Shown: positions 8,183-16,214, counted from the first letter of the stretch. The stretch is DNA of 40,327 nt from Acidimicrobiales bacterium (GCA_050744105.1 JBOGGP010000001.1:1-40327), one strand, 5' to 3'. Translations and numbers: made by a program. Notes: generated from the letters alone by a model not told the origin.

Positions 8183-9289
8183 CTAGTTGGCCAGGAGCGG
8201 CTCGCGGTCCGCTCGGGGCAGCGTGAAGCGGAACGAGCTTCCTTCACCGGGCAACGAAGACGCAACCAGGTTTCCTCCATGGGCCTCGACCAGCCCGCGG
8301 CTGATCCACAGGCCGAGGCCCGAGCCCGTCGGCTTGCCCCCGGACCGGCGGAAGAACTTGGTGAAGACCTTGGGCACGTCCTGGGGAGGGATGCCGGCGC
8401 CGCGGTCGGTCACCCTCACGGCCACGGCGTCGCCGGCCGCCTCTCCGTCGATGGTCAGGCCGAGGGGGGAGGCGTACTTGCACGCGTTCTCCAGGAGGTT
8501 GGTCAGGACCTGCTCCACCTTGTCGGAGTCGGCCCACGCCTCCGGCAGGCCGGGCGGGAACACCAGGGCGGCGTCGAGGTCGGGGTAGGCCAGGCGCACC
8601 TTGCCCACCACCTCGGCGGACAGCCCGGCCAGGTCCACCGCCTGGCGGCGCAGCACCAGCCGGCCGGTCTCCAGCCTGGAGATGTCGAGCAGCTCGGTGA
8701 TGAGGCGGGTGACCCGGTCGGCGTCGTGGTTGATCTGCTCGAGCATCAGCTTCTTCTGGTCGTCGGAGATCCGCTCCCAGCGGTTGAGCAGCAGGCTGGT
8801 GTAGCCCTTGACGGTGGTCAGGGGGGATCGCAGCTCGTGGCTGACCGTCGAGACGATCTCGATGCCGCTGGGCTCGTGGTGGTTGCGGCGAACCGGGTCC
8901 CGCAGTACCAGCAGCGCACCGCTCAGCCCCCCGCCCGCCGACCGCAGGTAGGTGCCGGTCACCAGCACCCGGATGTCTCGCCCGTCGGCCCGGCGCAGGG
9001 TGAAGTGGTTTTCGGCCAGCGACCTGACGCCGGGCAGGTTCGTGGAGCGGTCCCAACCCCCTGCCCAGGCGGCCCGGCCGTCCCGGGTGCGGACGTTCAG
9101 CATGGCCGCGCAGTCGGCGCCCCGCATCTGGCCGAGCAGGTAGCCGGTCAGGTGCTCGGCGGCGCGGTTGGCGGCCACGATCCGGCGCTGGGCGTCGACT
9201 TCGACCACGGCGTCGGGCATCAGGTCGAACAGGGCCGCCCCCGCCGCTCGGGCGGGCGGGCGGGACGGGTCGCCAGCGGAGGCGGTCAC
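8183..9289 (-). CDS. PAS-domain sensor histidine kinase (no cognate response regulator adjacent)
   Basis: Track ORF 8183..10351 trimmed to GTG 9289, which forms a GTGA overlap with the upstream TrmH stop. H-box SHELRSPLTTV, N-box LTNLLENACKY, G-boxes DRGAGIP and GSGLGLWIS. N-terminal PAS-like segment (LFDLMPDAVVEVDAQRRIVAANRAAEHLTGY). Confidence 0.85.
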   Translation of the reverse strand: MTASAGDPSRPPARAAGAALFDLMPDAVVEVDAQRRIVAANRAAEHLTGYLLGQMRGADCAAMLNVRTRDGRAAWAGGWDRSTNLPGVRSLAENHFTLRRADGRDIRVLVTGTYLRSAGGGLSGALLVLRDPVRRNHHEPSGIEIVSTVSHELRSPLTTVKGYTSLLLNRWERISDDQKKLMLEQINHDADRVTRLITELLDISRLETGRLVLRRQAVDLAGLSAEVVGKVRLAYPDLDAALVFPPGLPEAWADSDKVEQVLTNLLENACKYASPLGLTIDGEAAGDAVAVRVTDRGAGIPPQDVPKVFTKFFRRSGGKPTGSGLGLWISRGLVEAHGGNLVASSLPGEGSSFRFTLPRADREPLLAN

Positions 9290-10119
9290 GGCCGCTCGGT
9301 CCCCGGCCCGCCGTAGGCCGGCCGGCGCTGCCGGGCCGCCTCGAAGCAGACCACGGCCGTCGCCATGGCCACGTTGAGCGACTCGGAGCGGCCGGCCATG
9401 GGAATGGTCAGGCGGCCGTCGAGGCAGGACTCGACCTGCTGGGGCAGCCCGGAGGCCTCGTTGCCCACGACTATGGCGGTCGGCCCCCTCAGGTCGGCGG
9501 TGGCGTAGTCCTGGCCGCCGCGCGCCACCGTCCCCAGCCGGCGTAGGCCCCATCGGCCGACCACCTCGAGCACCTCCTCCGCGGGACCGCCGGCGACAAC
9601 CGGCACCAGGAACACGGCTCCGGCCGATGCTCTCACCGCTTTGGGGTTGAACAGGTCGACCGAGCTGCCACACGACACTACCGCCCCGGCGCCGGCCGCC
9701 TCGGCCGCCCGCAGGACGGCGCCGGCGTTGCCGGGATCGCGCAGGTCGACGCCGACCACCACCAGGTCGGGCCGGCGCGCCCCGAGATCGGCGAGGGCGA
9801 GGTCGTTGGCCATCACCACGGCCACGACCGGCTGCGGGCTCACCGTCGCCGACACCCGGGCCAGGACGCCCTCCTCCAGGTCGAAGACCCGGGCGCCTGC
9901 CTCCACGCAGCGGCGGGCGGCCTCGGCTACGCCGTCGCCGGGGCGCACCATGGCCCGCTCGACGTAGACCGACTCCACGCCGGCGCCGCTGTCGAGGGCC
10001 ACCCCGAGCACCCTGGCCCCCTCCACCACGAAGCGACCCTCCTCGCTGCGGAAGCTCGACCGGCCCACCAGCCGGCGCAGGCGCTGGACCCGGTGGTGGC
10101 GGTAGGCCAGGCCGCCCAT
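9286..10119 (-). CDS. TrmH/SpoU-family RNA 2'-O-methyltransferase (TsnR-like position downstream of rplT)
   Basis: 277-aa ORF with SpoU motifs DPGNAGAVLRAAEAAGA, VVGNEASGL and IPMAGRSESLNVAMATAVVCFE. Same position as tsnR in mycobacteria. Confidence 0.85.
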   Translation of the reverse strand: MGGLAYRHHRVQRLRRLVGRSSFRSEEGRFVVEGARVLGVALDSGAGVESVYVERAMVRPGDGVAEAARRCVEAGARVFDLEEGVLARVSATVSPQPVVAVVMANDLALADLGARRPDLVVVGVDLRDPGNAGAVLRAAEAAGAGAVVSCGSSVDLFNPKAVRASAGAVFLVPVVAGGPAEEVLEVVGRWGLRRLGTVARGGQDYATADLRGPTAIVVGNEASGLPQQVESCLDGRLTIPMAGRSESLNVAMATAVVCFEAARQRRPAYGGPGTERP

Positions 10120-10152
10120 GGCGCTGCCTCGCCCGACCCGGCGGGCGGCGAC

Positions 10153-10530
10153 CTAGCCCGCCGCCGGAGGGGCGGGGGGCCCGGGGGCGCCGGAGGCCTT
10201 GGCCAGGGTGGCGAAGGCGGCCGGATCGCGCACGGCCAGGTCGGCCAGCATCTTGCGGTCGACCTCCACGCCGGCGACCCTCAGGCCCGACATCAACCGG
10301 CTGTAGCTCGTTCCGTTGCTGCGGGCGGCGGCGTTGATCCGCTGGATCCACAGCTGGCGGAAGTCGCCCTTGCGGGCCCGGCGGTCCCTGAAGGCGTACT
10401 GGCGGGAGTGGAGGACCTGCTCGTGGGCGGCGCGGTAGCTGCGGCTCTTGTTTCCGTAGTAGCCCTGGGCTTCCTCCAGTACCGCCCGGCGGTGCTTTTT
10501 GCTCGCGACGGCGCGCTTGACCCGAGCCAT
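10153..10530 (-). CDS. rplT: 50S ribosomal protein L20
   Basis: [35 protein letters not shown]... is a canonical L20 N-terminus. Confidence 0.97.
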   Translation of the reverse strand: MARVKRAVASKKHRRAVLEEAQGYYGNKSRSYRAAHEQVLHSRQYAFRDRRARKGDFRQLWIQRINAAARSNGTSYSRLMSGLRVAGVEVDRKMLADLAVRDPAAFATLAKASGAPGPPAPPAAG

Positions 10531-10596
10531 TCGATGCTCCTTTCTCGGTGGCGGGACCGGTGGGGTCGACCGCCTGGGGGGTTGGTTGGTGGTTGC

Positions 10597-10791
10597 CTAG
10601 CGACCGAGCAGGCGCCTGACCGACTTGAGGTCGCCCGGCGCCACCTCGGCGGGACGGCCCAGGCGGCGGGTCCGGACCGACGACTTCTTTTCCAGGATGT
10701 GGGACCGGAACGCCCGGCGCCGGCGCAGCGCCCCGGTGCCGGTCACCCGGAATCGCTTTGCTGCCCCACGGTCGGTCTTCATCTTCGGCAT
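10597..10791 (-). CDS. rpmI: 50S ribosomal protein L35
   Basis: MPKMKTDRGAAKRFRVTGTG... is a canonical L35 sequence, 64 aa. Confidence 0.97.
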   Translation of the reverse strand: MPKMKTDRGAAKRFRVTGTGALRRRRAFRSHILEKKSSVRTRRLGRPAEVAPGDLKSVRRLLGR

Positions 10792-10795
10792 CGGG

Positions 10796-11740
10796 TCATT
10801 CCTCCCCTGTGGTCGTTCGGTCTGCGGTCGCCCGGTCTGCGGTCGCCTGGTCTGCGGCGGCCCGGTCTGCGGTCGCCCGGTCTGCGGTCGGCTGGTCGGC
10901 TGTGGTTCGGTCTGCGGTGGCCCGGTCTGCGGTCGCCTGGTCGGCTGTGGTTCGGTCTGCGGTCGCCCGGTCGGCTGTGGTTCGGTCTGCGGCGGCCCGG
11001 TCTGCGGCGGCGCGGTCTGCGGTCGCCTGGTCGGATGTGGTCCGGTCCGGGGCAGCGGGGGCCGGGCCGCCGGCCTCGCCGGCCGGAGCGGGCAGCGGTG
11101 GGGGCCCGGCGCCGTTGCTGGCCACCGGGGCCACTTCGTCGCTGGCCACCGCCGGCCCCGGCCCGGCCTCGGCCCGGCTGGCCGTCCTGGCTGCCTTTGC
11201 CGCCGCCTGCTGGGCCCTACGGTCGGGGGCCAGGACCATGATCATGTTGCGCCCGTCGAGCTTGGGGGCGGCCTCCACCTTGGCGATCACCCCGACCTGC
11301 TCGGCCACATGGTCGAGGATCTTCCGGCCCAGCTCGGGATAGCTGGTCTCCCGGCCCCGGAACATGATGGTGATCTTCACCTTGTGGCCGTCGGCGAGGA
11401 ACCTGGCCACCTGGCGGGTCTTGGTGTCGAAATCACCGGTCCCGATCTTCGGCCGGTACTTCATCTCCTTGATGCTGGTGCTCGTGGTCCGGCGCCGGGA
11501 CTCCTTCGCCCTCTGGGCCGTCTCGTACTTGAAACGGTTGAAGTCCATGATCCGGCACACCGGTGGACTGGCCTCGGGCGCCACCTCCACCAGGTCCAGA
11601 TCCAGCCCCCTGGCAATCGAGAGGGCCTCGGGCAACGGCTTGACCCCCAGTTGCACGCCCTCGGGGTCGATCAGGCGGACCTCCCGAGCCCGGATGCGTT
11701 CGTTGGTCCGGTGCTCGTTGTGGTCGGGTGCAGCGGCTAT
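10796..11740 (-). CDS. infC: Translation initiation factor IF-3 with a long low-complexity/pentapeptide-repeat C-terminal tail; proposed non-canonical ATA start
   Basis: The track ORF (10796..11656) starts inside the conserved N-terminus. The same frame upstream reads ...NERIRAREVRLIDPEGVQLGV, the IF-3 N-domain, back to a TGA at 11749-11747. It contains no ATG/GTG/TTG. The only near-cognate candidate is ATA (11740-11738), 10 nt after AAGGAG. The core reads PPVCRIMDFNRFKYE...KEMKYRPKIGTGDFDTK. Confidence 0.85.
   Translation of the reverse strand: MAAAPDHNEHRTNERIRAREVRLIDPEGVQLGVKPLPEALSIARGLDLDLVEVAPEASPPVCRIMDFNRFKYETAQRAKESRRRTTSTSIKEMKYRPKIGTGDFDTKTRQVARFLADGHKVKITIMFRGRETSYPELGRKILDHVAEQVGVIAKVEAAPKLDGRNMIMVLAPDRRAQQAAAKAARTASRAEAGPGPAVASDEVAPVASNGAGPPPLPAPAGEAGGPAPAAPDRTTSDQATADRAAADRAAADRTTADRATADRTTADQATADRATADRTTADQPTADRATADRAAADQATADRATADRTTTGEE
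10811..11049. repeat. 15-nt tandem repeat array (~16 copies, ggtctgcggtcgccc) inside the 3' end of infC, encoding (T/A)ADR(A/T) pentapeptide repeats
   Basis: Read directly. The minus-strand translation is ...DRTTSDQATADRAAADRAAADRTTADRATADRTTADQATADRATADRTTADQPTADRATADRAAADQATADRATADRTTTGEE-stop. The array ends 4 nt before the rpmI start. Confidence 0.9.
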
Positions 11741-11929
11741 GCGGCATCAACTCCTTGCTCGGGAGCCCTCGCCGCACAGCGCGGCGGGGGCAGCGTCCGG
11801 AAGCAACGCCCGCCACCAGGCAGTCGATCAACCCGGGCGCACCTCTCCTCCCGGCTGGCCGGGCGGTCGTGGCCGGGTGGGGGCATCGGCCCCGCTTCCC
11901 GTCTTCGGTTTTCATCGTATGGTAGCCCA

Positions 11930-12337
11930 ATGAGCACGCTGTGGACGCCAGGAGGCGAACATCCGGTCAGCCGTGAGCCCTCCAGTGCCCGGCCGGCCGC
12001 TCCCGGGCCCCCTCCCGAGCCCGGCCCTCCGCCGGCCGAGCCGACCGAGGCGGAGGTGGCGGCCCAGATGGCCGAGCTACGCCAGCGGCTGGCCGGGACC
12101 CCCGCCGAGGTGGTGGTGGCCAACCACGGCTTCGGCCTCTTCGAGCTGGCCGCCCTCCATCTCTCCCTCCAGCCTCCCCAGCTCGACCAGGCCCGCCTGG
12201 CCATCGACTCCCTCGCCGCCCTGGTCGAGGGCATGGCCGGCCGCCTGGGCGAGCCCGAAGCCCAGCTGGTCGACGGCCTGTCACAGCTGCGCATGGCCTT
12301 CGTCCAGATACGGGCCACCCAGGAGACCGCCGGCTGA
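11930..12337 (+). CDS. Conserved hypothetical protein (DUF1844-like), divergent from infC
   Basis: Track ORF 10625..12337 trimmed to ATG 11930 (MSTLWTPGGEHPV...). It has a Pro-rich linker, then VVVANHGFGLFELAALHLSLQPPQLDQARLAIDSLAALVEGMAGRL. From memory this resembles DUF1844 proteins, which I recall being found next to infC in actinomycetes. Confidence 0.55.
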   Translation: MSTLWTPGGEHPVSREPSSARPAAPGPPPEPGPPPAEPTEAEVAAQMAELRQRLAGTPAEVVVANHGFGLFELAALHLSLQPPQLDQARLAIDSLAALVEGMAGRLGEPEAQLVDGLSQLRMAFVQIRATQETAG

Positions 12338-12347
12338 CCGAGCGACG

Positions 12348-12566
12348 TCAAGCCTCGGCGGTCCTGAGGTCGGCGGCCTCCCAGCGCCCGTGACGGCCGG
12401 GGGCCACGGCGAAGCTGACCGCCGTCCCGACGGCGATGGTACGGGAGCCGCCGGCGATCTGGGTGCAGTGGAACGGGTACCTGATGCCCCCGCAGTCCAC
12501 CTGGCCGAGGCCGACCCCCTCGTCGAAGGAGATCACCTGGCCGACCCGCCGGTCTGGCGGCCTCAC
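12348..12566 (-). CDS. Small OB-fold / cold-shock-domain-like protein
   Basis: 72-aa ORF with a GTG start and a GTGA overlap with the hisG stop. The pattern GQVISFDEGVGLGQV...YPFHCTQIAGGSRTIAVGTAVSF resembles the CSD beta-barrel. Confidence 0.5.
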   Translation of the reverse strand: MRPPDRRVGQVISFDEGVGLGQVDCGGIRYPFHCTQIAGGSRTIAVGTAVSFAVAPGRHGRWEAADLRTAEA

Positions 12567-13438
12567 GCCACGATCTTGGAGATGGGAAGCTCGATGATGT
12601 CGCTGGCGCCGCAGTCCTTCAGGGCGGGGATCAGGGTGTTGATGATCGTCTTCGGCACGACCGTCTCCAGGGCGAAGCCGCCCTGGCCCGACAGCTTGGA
12701 TACGGTGGGAGCCTTCATGGAGGGGAGGAGGGAGATGACGGCGTCGAGGGCGGCGGGCCCCACGTTCAGCTTGACCAGCACCCGGCCCCGGGCGGCCAGC
12801 GTGCCCTGCAGCAGCGTCATAAGCTGCTCCATGGCGTGGCGCCGGGCCGAGTTGGCGTACGAGGTCGGATTGGCGATCAGCTCGGTGCTCGACACCATGA
12901 CGGTGTCGGTGATGCGCAGGCCGGCGGCGCGCAGGGCGCGCCCGGTCTCGGTGAGCTCGACGACGGCGTCGGCGATCTCGGGGATCTTGGCCTCGGTGGC
13001 CCCGTGGGATATCTCTACCCTGGCGTCCACCCCGTGGGAGGCGAGGAAGCGGGAGGTGAGGCCGGGGTACTCGGTCGAGACCCTGACCCCGTCGGGCAGG
13101 TCGGCGACCCCCTGGACGGGCGAGTCGGCGGCCACGGCCAGCACTATGCGAATGGGCCGGGAGCTGGACTTGGAGTACTGCAGCTCACCCAGCGAGACCA
13201 CGTCGCTGGCGGTCTCCTCGATCCAGTCCCGGCCGGTGATGCCCAGGTCGAACAGGCCCTGGGCCACGTAGAGGGGTATCTCCTGCGGCCTCAGGATCCG
13301 CACCTCGGCCAGGCGGGGATCGTCAACTGTGGCCCGGTAGTCGACCTCCGAGCTCCGCCTCACCGCCAGGTCGGCGGCGTCGAAGAGGGCGAGAGTGGCC
13401 TGCTCCAGGGAGCCCTTGGGCAGGACGAGGCGGAGCAT
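12563..13438 (-). CDS. hisG: ATP phosphoribosyltransferase (long form)
   Basis: Track ORF 12563..14701 trimmed to ATG 13438 (MLRLVLPKGSLEQATLALFDAADL...). HisG motifs DLGITGRDW and ELTETGRALRAAGL, plus a C-terminal regulatory domain. Confidence 0.93.
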   Translation of the reverse strand: MLRLVLPKGSLEQATLALFDAADLAVRRSSEVDYRATVDDPRLAEVRILRPQEIPLYVAQGLFDLGITGRDWIEETASDVVSLGELQYSKSSSRPIRIVLAVAADSPVQGVADLPDGVRVSTEYPGLTSRFLASHGVDARVEISHGATEAKIPEIADAVVELTETGRALRAAGLRITDTVMVSSTELIANPTSYANSARRHAMEQLMTLLQGTLAARGRVLVKLNVGPAALDAVISLLPSMKAPTVSKLSGQGGFALETVVPKTIINTLIPALKDCGASDIIELPISKIVA

Positions 13439-13470
13439 CCGGCGAGGATAGCGGCCGCCTGCTCCCGCTA

Positions 13471-13574
13471 GGGTCGTCGCCAGCCAGGCAGGGTCCTCGC
13501 CAGCCAGCCAGGGTCCTTGCCAGCCAGGCAGGGTCCCCGCCAGCCAGCCAGGGTCCTCGCCAGCCAGCCAGGGG
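13471..13574. repeat. 20-nt direct repeat array, ~5 copies (gggtccYYgccagccagScag), in the divergent hisG / ORF-13586 intergenic region
   Basis: Read directly; the units align with the 10-nt print blocks from 13471 to 13570. The period is not a multiple of 3. The last unit merges into the GGGAGG Shine-Dalgarno of the 13586 ORF. Confidence 0.9.
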
Positions 13575-13585
13575 AGGCCTTCGCG

Positions 13586-14014
13586 GTGAGCGACTTCATC
13601 ATCCGGACCGGCGACATGCTCAAGGTCACCATCGCGCCGCCGGCTATCGTGCCCATGCTGATCCCCCCGGTGCCCCTGATGGGGACGGGGATGACGGTAA
13701 TGGCCGCCGGCCCCAACATCTGCCTCCTGGGCGACGAGATCCCCCCGGTCCTGCGGGTGCCGCTGCCCTACAACTCTCCCCCGTTCGTCACCCCTGGGAT
13801 GGGCACTCTCACGGTCATCCTCCTGCCCACCAACATGACAAAGCAGACCGTCAACGGCAAGCCAATCCTGCTGAAGGGCGCCGTGTTCCAGGCCATCTTC
13901 ACCGTCACGGTGCCGGCCATCGAGCCGGTGGTGGTGCCGGTGCCCGACCCGGTCGCAGTAAAGCCGGGCACTGCCCAGTTCATCACCACGAACGCCACTG
14001 TCTTGGCCGGCTGA
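13586..14014 (+). CDS. Hypothetical Pro/Val-rich protein (142 aa), family not recognised
   Basis: Track ORF 13517..14014 trimmed to GTG 13586, 8 nt after GGGAGG. Sequence VSDFIIRTGDMLKVTIAPPAIVPMLIPPVPLMGTG...VPLPYNSPPFVTPGMGTLTV...NGKPILLKGAVF. Codon usage looks coding. Confidence 0.5.
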   Translation: MSDFIIRTGDMLKVTIAPPAIVPMLIPPVPLMGTGMTVMAAGPNICLLGDEIPPVLRVPLPYNSPPFVTPGMGTLTVILLPTNMTKQTVNGKPILLKGAVFQAIFTVTVPAIEPVVVPVPDPVAVKPGTAQFITTNATVLAG

Positions 14015-14700
14015 GGGGCCCCCCTCGCAGGCCCCGCCGGCGTCCCGGGGCCGCCCGGGGCCCCGACGGCGACCACCAGCGGCACCACCGCGGTGGTCTC
14101 GTGGAGCGCGGCGCCGGCCAACGGGTCGCCGGTCACCTCCTACACGGTCACGCCCCTGATAGACGCGTCGCCGGCGCCGATCGCCGCCCAGAGCGTGCCG
14201 GGGACCACCCTCACCGTCACCTTCGCCGGCCTGGCGCCCTCCACCCGGTACGACTGCTCGATCGTGGCAGTCGGCTGGAGTGGCGACGACGTCGACCTCT
14301 TCGACTGGCGCCCTCCACCCAGTACGACTACTCGATCGTGGCCGCCAACGCCGCGGGACCGGGCCCGGCCGCGACCGCCGCCGGCGCACCGACGGGGCCC
14401 GGGCCGTCCCCGCCCGTCGAGGTCCCGGTCCCGGGCGGCAACCCGTCCGTGGTGAGCGAGGTGTCGGACTTCCCCGACCCCGCGGCCGCTCCGGACCTGG
14501 CCGGGCCGGCGGGGACCGACTGGCCCCACGGTCCACTACCTCGATGGCCAGTACGTGATGTGGCTCAGCGCCGCGACCATCCCCGGTCACGCCCACTGCC
14601 TGGTCGAGGCGACCTCGACCTCGGGAGGCCCGGGCAGCCTCCTCCTCGACCAGAACCACTCTGCGACAGTTCGTTCCTCGACTCGAGGTGACCGAGGCCA
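14015..14700 (+). pseudogene. Decayed gene remnants: collagen-like linker, fibronectin-III domain with an internal ~79-nt duplication/frameshift, and a beta-propeller-blade-like fragment
   Basis: In frame after the TGA at 14012-14014: GAPLAGPAGVPGPPGAPTATTSGTTAVVSWSAAPANGSPVTSYTVTP...TFAGLAPSTRYDCSIVAV. The FN3 F-strand is repeated out of frame (LAPSTQYDYSIVAANAAGPGPA; nt ~14229-14268 versus ~14307-14346). A third frame reads VHYLDGQYVMWLSAATIPGHAHCLVEATSTSGGPGS. Confidence 0.35.
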
Positions 14701-15710
14701 TGAGCTACGACCAGGTGGTCCCGGCCCTCGGAGGCGAAGGCATCCAAGTGGTCACCGCCCCGCCCTCCAGCCCCTCGCCCGGCACGCTCTACGTCGGGCC
14801 GAACGCTGCTATCGAGAACCGCCTCGTGCTGGTCGGTGGCGGCGACCTCCACCGCCAGGCACCCCCCCGCAGGTGCCGTCGGCCATAACCTCGATCAGGC
14901 CGGACGAGGTGCACAGGGGCTGGCCGGCTGAGGGCTGGCCCGCCGCCGGCAGGTGCGGGCCCGGCTTGCCCGGGTCGGGCACGGATTGCTCCAGCCGGCC
15001 GTGCCCGCCGCTCCAGGGGGACCCGGAGCCTTGGCCATGCCGGCGGCGCTGGTCGACCGGTGGGGCGTGCCGGTGGGCCGGGCTGGCGGCGGCGCAACTG
15101 GCCGTCCTCAGGGTCACTTTTGGACACATTTCGCGGTTTGGACGTTTTCGACCGTATTTGGGTACGATCCGTCCAAACGGCTGAAAGCGTCCAACTCTCT
15201 CCCTTCACAGACCCCGACGGAGCCCATGGACCGGCACCCCGTGCCTGCCTGAGCCGGCGGCCGTTCGGCGACACCAGGACCTAGTCGGCCATGGTGACCG
15301 CAGTGTCCTCCAAGCGACCATCCAGGCCAGCTGGTGCTCCTTGTCGACGAACACCCGCTTGCCCTTCACCCCAGAGCCGCAGCCGCATCTGCAGTCGATG
15401 CAGCAACCCTAGGAGCGTCCCAAGCAGCGACGTCCCGCACAACGATCCCGCTCGGGCGAGGCCATCTGTGTGGGGGTGCCTACCGATCCGAACCAAGTTT
15501 CGCGGTACGATATTCGGGTTGACGGTATGGACCATCGGGAGCGCCCGCAGGCATGGGTTCCCGATGACGACATTCGTCACGCCGTGGATCACCTTGCGTT
15601 CACGGACAACGACGCCGATGCCGAAGCCGGGATCGACGCAGTGTGCACCGGGACCCCTTAAACCATACCTTGGTGCACAACAGTGGTCCAAAGGCCGGGC
15701 GACGGTGCCG

Positions 15711-16214
15711 TCAAGGATCCGGTGGCGGCGGGGCGCCCTGGGTCCTGGTGGACGACAACCGGCGCAGCAGGTCGGCCATCTCCACGGCGGCCAGGGCGGC
15801 GTCGGCTCCCTTGTTGCCACCCTTGCTGCCCGCTCTCTCCATGGCCTGGTCCAGGTTCTCGGTGGTGAGGACCCCGAAGACGATGGGCACGCCGGCGTCG
15901 AGCTGGGCCCGGGTCACGCCGGCGGCGCACTGTCCGACCACTAGGTCGTAGTGGCCGGTGGCGCCGCGGATCACCGATCCGAGCACGGCCAGGGCGTGGT
16001 ACCGCCCGGTCGCGGCCATGGTCCGAGCGGCCAAGGGGATCTCTAGGGCTCCTGGCACCCAGGCCACGTCCACGTCGTCGCCGGCGACGCCGTGGCGGCG
16101 CAGGGCGTCGAGGGCGCCGGCCAGCAGGGCGTCGGTCACCAGCCGGTTGAAGCGGCCGCAGACCAGGCCGATGCGCAGTCCCTGGCCGTAGAGCTGGCCC
16201 TCGTACGTGGTCAC
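15711..16214 (-). CDS. ribH: 6,7-dimethyl-8-ribityllumazine synthase
   Basis: Track ORF 15711..16769 trimmed to GTG 16214, a GTGA overlap with the ribBA stop. Sequence VTTYEGQLYGQGLRIGLVCGRFNRLVTDALLAGA...VPGALEIP...GVLTTEN. Confidence 0.93.
   Translation of the reverse strand: MTTYEGQLYGQGLRIGLVCGRFNRLVTDALLAGALDALRRHGVAGDDVDVAWVPGALEIPLAARTMAATGRYHALAVLGSVIRGATGHYDLVVGQCAAGVTRAQLDAGVPIVFGVLTTENLDQAMERAGSKGGNKGADAALAAVEMADLLRRLSSTRTQGAPPPPDP

Noticed and set aside
8183-10351. 722-aa minus-strand ORF
   Set aside because: It is a read-through of an alternative frame over the TrmH and rplT genes. Only the 3' 368 codons (the histidine kinase) are coding in this frame.
10625-12337. 570-aa plus-strand ORF spanning rpmI, infC and the repeat array
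   Set aside because: Only the last 135 codons (from ATG 11930) look like a real protein. The rest is antisense to rpmI and infC and includes the translated 15-nt repeat (VCGRPVCG...).
14012-14014. TGA between the 13586 ORF and the in-frame collagen-like/FN3 segment as a selenocysteine or programmed read-through codon
   Set aside because: I see no obvious stem-loop directly downstream of the TGA, and the downstream region carries further frameshifts. Pseudogenisation is therefore the simpler explanation. It is kept as a finding only for the architecture.
15281-15820. 179-aa minus-strand ORF and the opposing 63-aa plus-strand ORF 15470..15661 downstream of ribH
   Set aside because: They are mutually exclusive overlapping ORFs with no recognisable motifs. 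The minus ORF overlaps the ribH 3' end out of frame. Left unannotated; only the sequence repeats in the region are reported.
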